From NCBI GenBank assembly GCA_013239625.1, contig MU054001.1:3760167-3824166 (forward strand): a stretch of DNA of 64,000 nucleotides, read 5' to 3'. The stretch is from Lama guanicoe. Taxonomy: Eukaryota. How positions within the stretch are numbered: position 1 is the stretch's first letter; each line of letters starts with the position of its first letter. Positions 1 through 12,161 of the stretch are shown here, piece after piece. The notes below the pieces were generated by a model, which was not told the origin of the DNA, searched no databases, and saw only the letters and a program-made list of their open reading frames with translations. A program made the translations under genes and the position numbers.

Positions 1-79
1 GCTTGCTCATGCTTGTTCATTGCAAGCTGGCAAGGGGGGAATCGGGAGATGAGGAGGTGGAGACACTGCTCATTATAGT

Positions 80-335
80 TATAGACCTGAGCAAGTGAAG
101 CAGCCTCTGTCTCAAAAGCTGCTGGTCACTGTCCCAAAAAGAAAGAGAACTCAGGGGAGTCTTACATCTGCAGTTAAATACTCTGGCCCAGGAAGTGACA
201 CCCATCATTTCTGCAAATAATTCATTGGCCAGGGCTACTTCCATCTTCAAGGGGGGCAGGAAGTACAATTCCACCATGCTTCTACAAGGCAGGGGGCTGG
301 AAATCTTTACTAAACTGCATTAATAACTATCACAC
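80..335. mobile_element. Old MaLR LTR fragment (MLT1-type)
   Basis: ggaagtgacacccatcatttctgc...cattggccag and ttcaaggggggcaggaagtacaattccaccatg motifs resemble MLT1. Confidence 0.55.
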
Positions 336-359
336 TCTTTCAGGGACTGTCCAAATGCA

Positions 360-550
360 TTACAGACATTAGCATATTTAATTCAGATTACAACCACAGA
401 GGGAGGGACGATTATCCATCCCCATTATAAAACTGAGGAATGTGAGGCCCAGAAAGGCGAAGTCATGTACCAAAGGTCACAGTGTAAGTGCTGGAACTGG
501 AATTTGAGCCCAGGACTCTGGCTCCGAATTGGGTCTCTTCACCACATCAT
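360..550 (-). mobile_element. MIR SINE
   Basis: MIR core: ccccatt...tgaggaatgtgaggcccaga...aaggtcacag...ggaatttgagcccagg. Confidence 0.75.
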
Positions 551-639
551 TCCACTGAATGAACTCAAAGGAAGAAAAGCTCTCGGGGACCCAGGGACAG
601 GAAGGTGGTCTGGGGGAGTCACGTCGGAGCTGATGATCT

Positions 640-1290
640 AAAATCTTGCCATTGCCAGAACCAAGTCCACAGCCTTGAAGGATGCTCTCGCACCGTATCG
701 TGTATCAAGTATTCTTGCCAGAAGTGCATAAACCTGAAAACAACCAGGAGGAAACAATCAGACAGATCCAACTGGAGGGACGTTCTACAAAGCAGCCGCT
801 CTGACACCTCGACATCAATGTTGTGAAAGACAAAAACAGCAGGCAGGTCGGGGCTGGGACACCATTCCCGATTAAAGGAGACATACAGGTAAATGCAAGC
901 CTTGCTTCCCAGCTGGATACTGCACTGGGGGGAAGCGCTTTAAAAGCCCTTACTGAGACAACTGGAGAACTCTGAATATGGACAGTATATTAGGTAACAG
1001 TACTGTGTCCGCAGTAACTTTCCTAAATTTGATTATTCTACTTGGATACACCTGTTTTCAGATATTCCCTGAAATGTGTGAAGGGTTCAACACCTGTACT
1101 TTCCCTCAAAGGAGCCAGCAATAATCATTAGACTACTACATACATACAGAAGGGGAAACAAAGCAAATGTGGCAAAATGCTCGCGACTGGTGAACACAGG
1201 TGATAGTGAATAGGCATTCAAGGCATTCTTGCAGCTGTATACAGGCAGGAAAAGTTTCCCTCCAAAAAAAGTATTTTTTTTTAAAGTGCA
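640..1290 (+). mobile_element. Old L1M (L1MC-like) 3' end
   Basis: aaacaatcagacagatccaactggagggacgttctacaaa and aaagcaaatgtggcaaaatgct segments, ending in an A-rich tail. Confidence 0.6.
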
Positions 1291-1829
1291 ATCTGTTGTC
1301 TGTCCTGATCATGGTGTGTGTTTGTGAGTGCGTGTGCGTGTGTTGCGCCCACCATCTGGTTGGTGACATGGTCCTCACCCACCAGCCACCCCTTGGAGAA
1401 TTGACTTACGCTCTCCCAGTGGGTCTGAGTGGGTGCTCAGTGCTGCGGCCACCCAGCTCTGACCTTGTTACTTGTCACAGCCCCGCTCTCCCCTGTCTTC
1501 TCCTACCCCCTCCCTCCAGTTTTTTTCAAGCCTGTCTTCCCCTACTTGAATCAAGAAAGGAGTGATTTGCAGCCCCTGCCTCATCACCCGCCAGAGTGAC
1601 ACACACCCTCTCATGGGTGAACTAATCCCCAGCCCCTCAGGCAGGAAACAGCCGGCCCCCTCTGCCCAGCAAGCATCAGGGTGAGATCCAGCCTCTCTCC
1701 ACCCCTCCGGCCCCTTTCCCTGACCACACTACCCGACGGGAGTCTGGGATGGTTAGGCACAGATGTGTAAATATGTGGCCATTTGCTCCTGAGCCAGCAT
1801 GAGTCACACACCCATTTTCTCTTCCTACA

Positions 1830-2280
1830 ATCATGGTTCGTAAGGAACTACCCTAAAATTCAGTGGTTTAGCTAACAACCCTTTATTATTGTTCATGAGT
1901 CTTGGGGTTCTTCTGCTCTAAGCCAGGACCCCTGGTGAGTCCGCTGTCCTCTGCCGCATGACTGACTCCGCTCATCCGACCCGGGCTCCCTCCCAAGACC
2001 TTGGCTGGGACGGCTCGACTGACCTCCTCTGCTCCGTGTGGCCTCTCACTCTCCAGCAGGCTAACCTCGGCTTGTTCTCCTGGCAGAGACAAACTCTAAG
2101 AAAGAGAGAGTGTGGAACTAGCATAGGTAGGTCACTTCCACCGGATCCTAGTGGCTAAAGCAGTTCACAAGGTCAAGGGCTGGAGAGATGGACTCCATTT
2201 GGTCAGAGGAGGTGCTGCAGAATCACACTGCCCAGGATGATGGAGAAAGGGGGCCAATTTTGCAAGTAATTTATCGAAAA
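1830..2280. mobile_element. MaLR LTR (MLT1F/G-like)
   Basis: actaccctaaaattcagtggttta...tttattattgttcatgagtct and ctctccagcaggctaacctcggcttgttc motifs. Confidence 0.6.
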
Positions 2281-2534
2281 GTGTGCATGCCCCTGGGTTT
2301 GTCCTTAGGTGCGTGTTTGAAGGTATGCGTTTATGCGAGGTGCGTGGACATGAGAAACAAACTGCTTCTACCACATGGCAGGCTTCTCATACTCAAGGAT
2401 TGCTAATGCCAGCCTCTCTGTCCTCCCTGACTCCTGAGGGGCAGAGGCCTGTCCCTGGTGGCAGTACTACCTGGAAACTCTTTCCAAAGTCAGTGCTCAG
2501 CCCAGCTGTAGAATGAATTAACCTCCAGTAACCT

Positions 2535-2703
2535 CAGGGCTGGCTCCACAATTTGTGGAACTCTGTGCAAAATGCAAATTCAGAGTCTCTGATTCCAAGA
2601 TTATTAAAAATTTCAAGACAGAGACAGCAGAGCTTTCAACCAAGCACAGAGCTCTGCTAAGCCTGCACCCTACACAGGTCACCCCCTCGTGACTCCAGGC
2701 CTG
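2535..2703 (+). mobile_element. MER45A-like hAT DNA transposon (MITE)
   Basis: Termini cagggctggctcca ... ccaggcctg; internal gtgcaaaatg...attattaaaaatttcaaga...aaccaagcac. Confidence 0.75.
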
Positions 2704-2769
2704 CCTGCCAGTCCTCCTCGCCTGGCCTGACTGTGGCCACCCCACCACACAGCCACTGCTGGCCCCCCT

Positions 2770-3470
2770 TCATTCATTCATTCAGTACAGGTGTACTGAG
2801 TGCCCGCTACACCCCAGGGACTGTTCTAAGTACTGGGGATGCAGCAGTGAACAGACTAGTCTCTGCCCTCATGGAGCTTACACTCCAGATCAGGAGACAA
2901 ACAAGTAACATAAATAAGTATGTCCTATGTTGGACAGTGAGAAGAGCTATGAAGAAGAAATAAAACAGGAAGAGACACATAAAGTATGCTGGAAAGGAGG
3001 TGGAATACTAACTAGAGTCGGCAAGGAAAGCTTCACAGAGAAGGTGACTTCTGATTAAGGACCTGAAGGAAGCGACGGACTGATCTCTGCCCAAAGAATT
3101 GAGAGTAGGGGACATCACATCCTAGGTAGGGAGAGCAGCCAGTGCAAAGGCCCCGAGGCAGGAACATAGCTGAAGTATTTACAGAGCAACAAGAGGCTGG
3201 TGTGACTGCAGAGGAAGGAGCCAGGGGCATAAAGTGAGAGGCAAGGGCAGAGAGGAAGGGACCAGGGGTCCTGGGGCAGACATGCAGGGCCTCGGTGGTC
3301 ATGGCGAGGAGTTTCCCAAAGAGAAAAGGGAAGATGGGAAAGTTTTGAGCAGAGGAATGACCTGGCCTGACTAATGTTTCAAAAGAATCAAACAGGCTGC
3401 TGAGTGGGGATTGGACAGGGGTTGGGGAGGCCAAGGCAGAAGCAGAGCGACCAGTTAGGAGAGGCTGGCC
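2770..3470 (-). mobile_element. L2 LINE 3' region
   Basis: ttcattcattcattca tail, tactgagtgcc...ctctgccctcatggagcttacactccag, gtgcaaaggccccgaggcagga. Confidence 0.8.
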
Positions 3471-3489
3471 TTCCCCCACCATGAATGTT

Positions 3490-3847
3490 GGCCCAGGGGC
3501 AACCCCTGGGAACTCTCTGTGGCTTCTGCAGCCAGCACTTAGGCGGCCAGAGGTGCTGGGAATTAATACTCCAAAAGTAGCCCTCAGCCAGTGACCAATG
3601 AAGTTGTAGACAAATACACCATCTTCATCACCTCCAAGTGGGACACTCCCAAAATACAACGTACAGCACTGCCCCCCAGGTGCCCCAGCAAGACTGAGCT
3701 CCAGATGGATGTCACCTGCTTGGTAATGTACCTCTAGGGTTTCCTTCTCATCTCTACCATTGCTTCCCGGGACCACCTCCCAGAGAAGCACTTTGTCCCC
3801 CAAACCCTCGTCTGAGATGTGCCTCCGGGAGAACCTTCACTAAGACA
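3490..3847 (+). mobile_element. ERVL-type LTR (LTR16-like)
   Basis: tgctgggaattaa...gtagccctcagccagtgac...gggaccacctcccaga, ending gagaaccttcactaagaca. Confidence 0.6.
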
Positions 3848-4139
3848 GAAGGATGGCAGGACCCTGGTGGGAGCAAAAGGGAGCCGGGGAAGGGAGGGCA
3901 TCACAGATGGTTAGAAAGGATCAGATTCTGGCTACACTGGGGACCGATTCAAGACCAACAGGATATGGGTCTATAGCCTCAGGGCACCTGTCACCCCTAC
4001 CCGTGTGTCTTTGCCCCCCCCCCAAAACAGCTGCCCAGTCCTGAGGGGAGTTCAGCCTCCTGGGGACCACGAGGCAGGACTGTGGCCCGGACATGGGCCC
4101 TCAGTGCCCAGCCGCCAGCCCGTGTCCTGCGGGGCGGAG

Positions 4140-4720
4140 GGGCTGAGGCCTTGGGAGTTAATGAGGTCCCCGGCTGAAGCACACCCCGCTGAAAATGACA
4201 AACGAACAGCATTACAGCCCGTTCCCACAATTACTATCAGTTGGCTGTAATATAAATATGCAAATTCCCTGGGCTTGAACTTTAACACCCTCTGTAGAGA
4301 CCATTCATCTCTTTAAAGTATTAATTTAAGTTGTAAAAGGGCCCATACATCACCGCGTGTCATTTTGAAAACAAATATTAATCAATTTTACCCTCGGAAT
4401 TGCTGCGGCGGAGGCGGCCCCCATTGCGGCGGAGGCGGCCCCCATTGCCGCGGAACAAGGAGGCGGCGGCGGGAGATTTACATATTCATCCGAGCTTAAG
4501 GAAGCCCGTGATAATGCAAGAACAACCCCGAAACTTGCGTCTCCAGACCTTATCTGCGCGCCCCGCCGGCCGGCGCTGCCACCGCACCGCGCAGCCATGC
4601 AAATGAAGCCCCGCGCTATCTGGATAACCTTGAACGCCGGACAGCAGGCGGGGGCCGGCTCCCAACTTCTCTCCTCCCAGAAACGCAAAGTATTGGAAAA
4701 GGGTGGCTCCGCCCGCCCTC
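4140..4720. promoter_or_regulatory. Probable conserved non-coding element/enhancer with small CpG-rich island
   Basis: Non-repetitive. Octamers ATGCAAAT at 4258-4265 and 4597-4604, ATTTACATATTCAT at 4476-4489, many TAAT/ATTA, and dense CpG from 4400 to 4720. Confidence 0.6.
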
Positions 4721-7629
4721 CCCAAACAGCGGAGGAACAAGTCTGGCTTGTGGGATTCCGCGCAGCACAGGCTGGTGACTGAGCTAAGTTTTCTTTACCG
4801 CCAGCCTTAGGAACCAGGAAACAGGAGGCGAGGCAGGCCCTGGGAGGATGGCGCCAGCTTTCAGGGCTGGGAGCACCGGAGGTGGTGTTCTTCTGGGGAC
4901 AGAAAGGGGCTCTGGGTTCCCACAGCCCTGGGTTTAGGAACTGACTCTGCATGTTCACCCTGTGTAAGTTTGCATGGGTTGATTTGGTGTCTCCAAGACT
5001 CAGTTACATCATCCGAGAAATGGGCCTAGTTGTTAAGATATCGACTCATAGAGTGGTTCTTGGGATTAGAAATTATCCATGAAAAGCACCTAGCACAGAA
5101 ATGGGTATATAGTCAGTGCTAAATTGCGTTATCAACAAGTAATATTATCCTCAATTACTCTCCGTCCTGACCATTCTTCCCCCCTTCCATTTCTCCATCC
5201 TTGCATTGGAAGTGAGTTTAGAGAGACAGGACTCCCCCACTACTAGCAACGCTGTCAGTTTTCACAGCCCACATCTAACAGAATCTTCTGCTGCCTGCCT
5301 GAATATCAGCCACTTCTTCACAAGAGAACAGGGCCCCCACAAAGTCCTTAGGATGAAATTTGAGTCCATGTGAAAGGTTAATGGCCCCTAGTCCTCAAGG
5401 CTCTGACCAACCTCAGCTTCCCCAGGGAGGATACCCCCATTGCTCAAGCCAGCCTCCTGAAGCCAGGCTTGCAGACATGTGATCAGCACCCTGCTGCCGC
5501 TGTTCCCTGATCAAGCCAGCAGAGGGCACATCACACCTGGACAGGTGCGTGAGAGGGCACCCTCCTTTCTTCCCGAGGCATCCCACGATGGCTTGCTTGC
5601 ACACCTGTGTGGGCACCCACTACATTGCCTCCCTTCATCTGCCCGCCTGCAAGGTTGGGACAGGCGTTCCCTGATAGACTCACTGGGTGGAACTGTGCAC
5701 AACCGAAAGATTCTCCTGGGACTTTTACACTGGCTGGTGAACATTGTCCACAATCTTCTGGGAATGTTGGCTATCAGCCCATGTCAAACTTGCGCCAGGG
5801 CAACTGCAGGTGCTGGCTCAGGTGAGGATCAGGAAGCGCTCCCTATCCTCTCCTCCGTGCAAGGGAGAGCTATCTCATCCCTTCTAAGCCTGGGCAGGAT
5901 AAGGGATCACTCAGGGATACAATGAAACTCCCATCTCACAGGTGTATCTGAACCACTCCAAGCATGTAACACACATGTATGTCGAATCACATGTAAGCAT
6001 GTGCAATTCTCCTGTTGAACCAATGTAAGTGCCTACACGTGTATACTGAACCACACGAAAGTGTGTACATCTGTGCGTGTGTCAGTCTGCATGTAAGTAT
6101 GGACGTTCACACATCTGTGCAGTGGTCCACGTGCAAGTGTGCACACACTGGTGTTAGACTACATGTAAGTGTGTGCACATGGATACATCCATCCACATTT
6201 AAGCATTGCACATGCTCGGATGTGTGCTGAACCCCAGGTAAGTGAATGCACACAGGTGTGTTGGTCTGTGAGAGTAACTGCCCAGAATGACAACCAGAGA
6301 TAATGACAGGGAAAAGTTAAGCACAGCACAGTCAGTGGCAAAAAAAAAATCCTTGTTCAAAACACCTACATTCCAATGTTAATTCACCAAACATCCATCT
6401 GACAAGTGTTTATTAAGGATCTAATAAGTTTCAGGTAAATGTTCAGTCAGGAGACCGCAGGGCTGTGTGATGGGGAGTGGAGCTGGAGTTTTCATCAAAC
6501 TGAGAAGGAGCTCTAGGCTGTGAATGAAAGTATGTTCTGATAAAGTCAGGAAATCACAAGCACATCCTTTAACCTGTGCCTTGCAACTTCGAAATCAACA
6601 TGGTTATTCCCTGCTGCTTGAGTAAATCCCAGGATTTTGAAGGACAGTGATAACATACAGGTGGAAAATTTCAGAAAAGAGGTATTTTTTTTTCAAAAAT
6701 GGACAGCAAGTGTTTTTTTTTTTTTCTATATGAAACACTGAAATAAGTTCTCTGCCAGGAAATCTATCTTCAGACACAAGCCATACTTCCCACACAGGCC
6801 CAGAGTCCCTGGTCAGCAGATCTCCAAGTTCCTGGAAGCAAACTACCTGGTAAGCTGCAGGGCAGGGCTAGTGACCTTGGGCAAGTTACTTACTGTGCTT
6901 CCACCGCCTCACCTACAGAACAGGGGTACCTGCCTCACAGCATCATTGTGAGGATAAAACCTGTCTAAAGCAGTCCTTGGTACGTGACGAGCACTCAGCA
7001 ATGTTAGCTGTCATTTCACCATCATCATCATCATCATTAATCAAAGCTAGCAGACATCTTATCAATAGACTAGGGGTTTATCGAATTTTTTAAATTCAGC
7101 GCCAACACTAACAATTAAAACACTTGCCATAAAAATTCAGAATTCTAGTTTCTCTTTAAAAATTCAAACCTCTGGGTCTGTGGGCTTGAATTCACCCTTG
7201 GCAATATTCAGCTGCAGAGGAACAGCGGTCGCACCCTCCCCTTTGCCATAGTCCCCACTCGGCCCAACTGATCATCTCTATTGCTGCCTGGCCCCAGTGT
7301 GAATCTGGCATCCTCTTCGCTCCCCTCAGTAAACAGATGGGAAGACCGAGGCCACAGCTGGGTCCCAGCAGCCAAGGGCACCCAACCCCTGGCCCAGAAC
7401 CCTTTCCACCCTCCCTGCCTGAATTCTTTTGGGCCACAAGACCAGAGAGAGGCAGCTTCAATTTCTACAAGCTCTAAGAGGCAGATTCCCTCCCTTACTT
7501 AGTATAATGGGATTTCCAGCCATGGATGGGGCCACTAGTTGAGGGCAGAGCTGGGATTGTTGCAGGAGTGGACAGCTTGTCTGGGGTTTAATGTTTCTGC
7601 CTCTCTTCTGTGTTCTTCTGCATTGAACG

Positions 7630-7930
7630 TATTACCAATATTAAGGCAAAGTTGATCTATTAGACGATTACACAAGAGAGCCCAGCTGCTACCATAAAGT
7701 CAATGAAGTTATGACAGCAGGGCCCAGGAGGAATCAAAGCTGAGTAAAACCTGTCGAGGCTGCTGACAAATGATGATAAAGTGATCGCTCGTGCCAGCGC
7801 TCGATGGAAATTGACAAGGTGAGCCTCCTCACCTAATGAACAGATGCAACCCTTGCTCCCAAGGAAATGCACGGCAAGTTTAATCTCCATGAGCATCAAA
7901 ATAAATCTGCTCCCATGTTTAGAAAGGACA
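7630..7930. promoter_or_regulatory. Probable conserved non-coding element
   Basis: Unique sequence with clustered CCATAAA (HOX/CDX), TGACA (MEIS/TALE, several), ATCAAAG (TCF/LEF, 7733-7739), GATAA and TAAT motifs, and retained CpGs. Confidence 0.45.
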
Positions 7931-10900
7931 GACACATGGGCAGAAGGAGAGGCCTTCGCCAAAGGGACCCCTGTGTATGGTGAGGTGGTGGCAAAGGGTC
8001 TGAGAGCTTCCCCATATTCAATATCCCTGATGCGCCTGCCTGAAAATACCTCCATTGCCCACCTGTCCTTCTCCCAGAACAGAAACTGAGGCTCGGATGG
8101 CACCTACGTCACAGGGACCCAAACTGCTCAGAGAGCAATTGTCTCCATGACTCCTATTAAATGTACTCAGCTCTGGATTCTTCTAAAGTAATGTCAGTTA
8201 CAGAACAATACCAGCCTGCCAGACAAGACACATTAGAGGAACAAGGCGGGTGGTGTGGGGGTGGGGGGAGACACCCCCACCACCAACCCTCGGAATACAA
8301 TGCACCAGCTGCACATTAATAAATATGTAATGTTTGATTAGAAATATGTATAGTATTTTTCCCTCCCCAAATGCCGGCTCGCCCTCAGGCGGAAGACGGG
8401 ATCTGGCCCACACTGACGGGTTTCTTTCTTGCTTGCTTTGAAAATACAAACTCAAATGTTTTCCTGTCCCAGCTGTTTCCCATTGTTGCTGTTTATCAGC
8501 TTGAAGGATGAACAGTGGAATAAAAAAAACAGGCTTGCATTTCAAATGTGCCAGTCAGTCACTCCATTGTTCAAAGAAGAAAGCTTAATTGTCTATGCTG
8601 GCAAACTTCTTTTTGGTGAATGTCCAGGTTTTAAGAAAAGCTATTCAGCTGTGCAATTTGTTTAATACATGCAGAGAAAAGCATATAAAATCACACGTTT
8701 TGGGGGAAAAAAATTAAATAAAGGGGAAAGAGGAATTTGGGGAAAGAACGAGTCACGCGCTGAAGTTTTCCAACTTGCCCACACCGGGCAGGGTTTTCTC
8801 CCTCCCTTACTTAAGTCTCAGCTCTCCGTGGGGATGCTCCGGGGAGTCCCACCCCGTGGTCACACTTGGTGCAGAGAAACAGCACCCACTCAGAGCTGCA
8901 GAAGCTGCGGATTGCGCCGTCCAAAACTCTGCTTTCCATGCCTAGGACACCAACTTCTGTTTGAAAAACTTCTGCTTTCTAGGAGTGAGGGACAGGCCCA
9001 GCCAGCAATGCTCCAGTCTTATCTGGAAAGTTTATTCTGGAGCCCTCTTCAGATTTAAAACTACAGTGAGAACAAGTTTCTGTGGATAAGGTTAGGGATA
9101 CCCAAAGCAGACGAGGCTCTGTCACTGCCGCTCAGCCAGAGCCCGTCCCGAGGACACTAAGGGACAGGCCTGGGTGCCCCCCACAGGCACCCGCCTAGGG
9201 GCAGACAAAATCAGAGGTTGCCTCCTTAACCTGTAGGGAGAATCCACCCCATCTTGAATAGGCGGCAGGGTCTTCTGCTTGGGTTGAAGGCGATCAGCTT
9301 CTCTGCTAAAGGAACCCAGCCCCGAGCGGTTTCCCTGTCGGAGATGGATGCCGGGGACGGGAGAGCGACCAGCATCAGAATCAGTGGGCAGACCCTCCGC
9401 GTCCCTTGCAGACCCAAGTGTCTAAGAAACTGCCCCAAACTGTAGGTGACTGATCTCACCTCTGAGAAGAGGAAGGAAGAGGAAACTGGACATGATGGAG
9501 TTGAGGGGACATGAAGGAACTGCGGGGAAAGGGCCTCAAAGTGAGATGGAAATAAGAGTCAGTGTCACAATTTAACCAGAGGGTGGCATTATTACCCATC
9601 TTGATCCCTCTCTCTTCCCAGATTTGACCTCAGTGATGTTTTTCTCTACTAGAAAGGCATGCTACAGCCCTAAGTATCATTACAGCCCAATTCATTACAA
9701 TGTCCCCTGAACTTTTGAACATGCCATGCCCCATGTCATTCACAGCCACCCCATTAGATCAATGTCACCATCACCTCCAAACGAGAGAGAACGAGAGGCT
9801 CAGAAGGGGGAACCATGCTCCTAGTGTCTCACAGCCTCCAGGTGGTGGCGTGAGGACTTGAATTCAGACCTCCCGAGCCCCGGTCCACCTGGGTTTGTAA
9901 AGAGGATTACAGGTGAAAGGGTGAACCCAAGCCTACCCAAGTTCTCCAGCTCCCAAACCAGCGTCCTCCTCAGAGTGGCAGAGGGCTGGCCAGGGGCAGC
10001 CCCTGCAGGCTGAACATCTGATCCGAGGGATGGCCCCCAGGACACAGGAAGCAGGTTTCCCCCGTCAGCTCCCTCTCATGATCTCCAGTTATGCTTTCAA
10101 ACATTCGCTTCTCTCCAGAACCCCTCGGCTTCTCTCTTCCACCTCCACCCACTCCCCGTGATAACCAAATGTCCCAGCTCTCAGAGAACACAGAAGGATC
10201 AAAGGAGAACACAGTTCACGTTCTACCACCAAACCCAGGGACACATCTACTCCGGCACCTGCCCTTGACCTGTGCTGCCCGTCTGAAACCAGCCCCACCA
10301 GCCACCTTCGAGCCTGGCCCCTCAGCTCCCCAGGGAACCACACCACGTCAGTTATTGCCTCTTCCCTGCATCTTCAACTTTCCTTGCTCTATTAGCCTCT
10401 GCACCATCATGAAAGCATGGCTAAGATTCTCCTGATTTAAGAAAAACAAACACACAAAACAATAGGATCCAGAAGACAAGTAGGGCATGCCTACCTCCCT
10501 GTCCTCCTGCCCTGCATCCCCAAAAAGAAAAGCCATATTTAAAAAAGAAAGAGTGGGTCCATCCATCACCAGGCTGGAGAAACAAGAACTTGTCCACAAT
10601 TCCTGGAAGATGGGAAGCAGATGGGGTGGAGTTGACAGGAGCAGAGGAAACCACAGCAAAAACCACCAGAGCCAGAGCCAGAGCCACAGAGAAAAAAAAA
10701 AAACCAAAGTAACCTTGTATTCAGAGGAGACAAATACAGCAAGCAAGGGGTGGAGCAATCGGGAGAGACATTCATAAAATAACCGTGTTCAGAATCAGTC
10801 TTCACTGGAGCCGATGGAGCCCCCTGTCCCCGAACATCAGACACGAGGCTGTGGTGGCATTTCAGGTCAAAACCCGGGGACTGCACGCTAAAGAAAGGGA

Positions 10901-11049
10901 ACCCACTTCTGCTGGCAATGTTACCCTCTGATTTGCCAAGTGGACGTACAATCACCTTCACGTGGGAGCTAGAAACACTTCACCAAACCTAAAGAATCCT
11001 GTTGTGACGTAAGTACAATCCTAGAAATGCCCCAGGTCCATTCACAAGG

Positions 11050-11700
11050 AAGACAAAAGATATAAAATACCTAGGAATAAACCTACCAAGAAATATTCAA
11101 GACCTATGTGGAGAAAACTATAAAAATTTACTGTGGGACATAAAAAATGACCTGAATGAATGGAAAGGCACAACCATAGATCTGGATGGAAACAGTCAAT
11201 ATTGTAAAGGTGTCGGATCTCCTCAAATTAAACTATAAATTCACGGCCATCCCAATCACTATCCCTACAGGAGTGTTTACAGAACTGGACAAGCCAAAGC
11301 TAAATTTCATTTGAAAGAGAAAAATGCAAGGGGATAACAGAGAAAACTCTGAAAAAGAAACAAAATTGTTTCGACATTTGTTCTACCAGATAGGAAAACA
11401 GACCATAAAGTGTTTCAAACAGTGTGAAGCAGTTGGACGAGACAAAGAAACCAGAAAGGCAGAGTAGAAAGTCCAGAAATAGACACACATACATAGAGAA
11501 AATCACGAAAATGATGGTGTTTTTAATACATGAGCTCAGGACATCTGGCTCTTCAGCTGGACAAAAAAAAAAAATCAGATCCCTACCTCACATCATGGAT
11601 AAAAATTACCAGATTAAGAAGCTAAACAGGAAAGACCAAGCTAGAAAAGGATTAGACAATACCCCATGTTGTATTTGATGTGAACTGCAATGCGGTGATT
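11050..11700 (+). mobile_element. Degenerate L1 ORF2 fragment
   Basis: ataaaatacctaggaataaacctacc (IKYLGINL motif) and ctggacaagccaaagctaaatttcatttg; disrupted frame. Confidence 0.85.
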
Positions 11701-11736
11701 TTGAACTCATGTAATATGAAAATGATAACATCCCCA

Positions 11737-12161
11737 TGTTAAGTACAAAATTGGAAATTCCCCTCAAGTAAAACAACAGTACGGCCAGGCCAGTCAGAGG
11801 GGTGCTCCCCTGCTCTATGTACATCCCCAGCTCGGCCAGGCCCTGCTTTACCCACAGGACTATCCAATCCTCTTAGTTACAGGAACTGCCTATGAGCCTG
11901 CCCCCTGCCCAGCCTCTGGTTTCCATGGTAACTGATGAGCCAACCTGACGTCAGTTTCTCATATAAATGGTAGCTGCCTTCTCCCGGGAGTAGTAAATAT
12001 TACTGCCACGTCTTGCCTGCTTTCTGCCGTCCACAGCGGGGAGTCGCTCCAGGACCTTGCTTCAGATCCCCTGTCCAGTAAACTATTAATGTCCCTGTCA
12101 CTGTTACTGGGCTCTTTTTTCGGTCCCCAGGCTGGGCAACCACAATGCTTGCAGGTCAACA
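11737..12161 (+). mobile_element. Solo retroviral LTR (~425 bp)
   Basis: TGTT...AACA termini; CCAAT 11864, TATAAA 11962 and AGTAAA 12077 lie in U3-R-U5 order. No clean TSD seen. Confidence 0.6.

Noticed and set aside
3033..3803. Longest ORF in the track (256 aa, minus strand)
   Set aside because: It spans an L2 fragment and an LTR16-like element, has a non-ATG start and resembles no protein; a chance open frame.
4350..4958. 202-aa ORF with AAMGAAS repeat and poly-Pro
   Set aside because: It arises from GC-rich sequence and the 21-bp duplication, runs into a MIR, and shows no exon structure or recognisable homology.
5960..6260. Repetitive CATGTG/CACGTG/TGCACA-rich stretch resembling an array or E-box cluster
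   Set aside because: A degenerate (CA/TG) microsatellite-derived region with no fixed repeat-spacer periodicity; not CRISPR-like.
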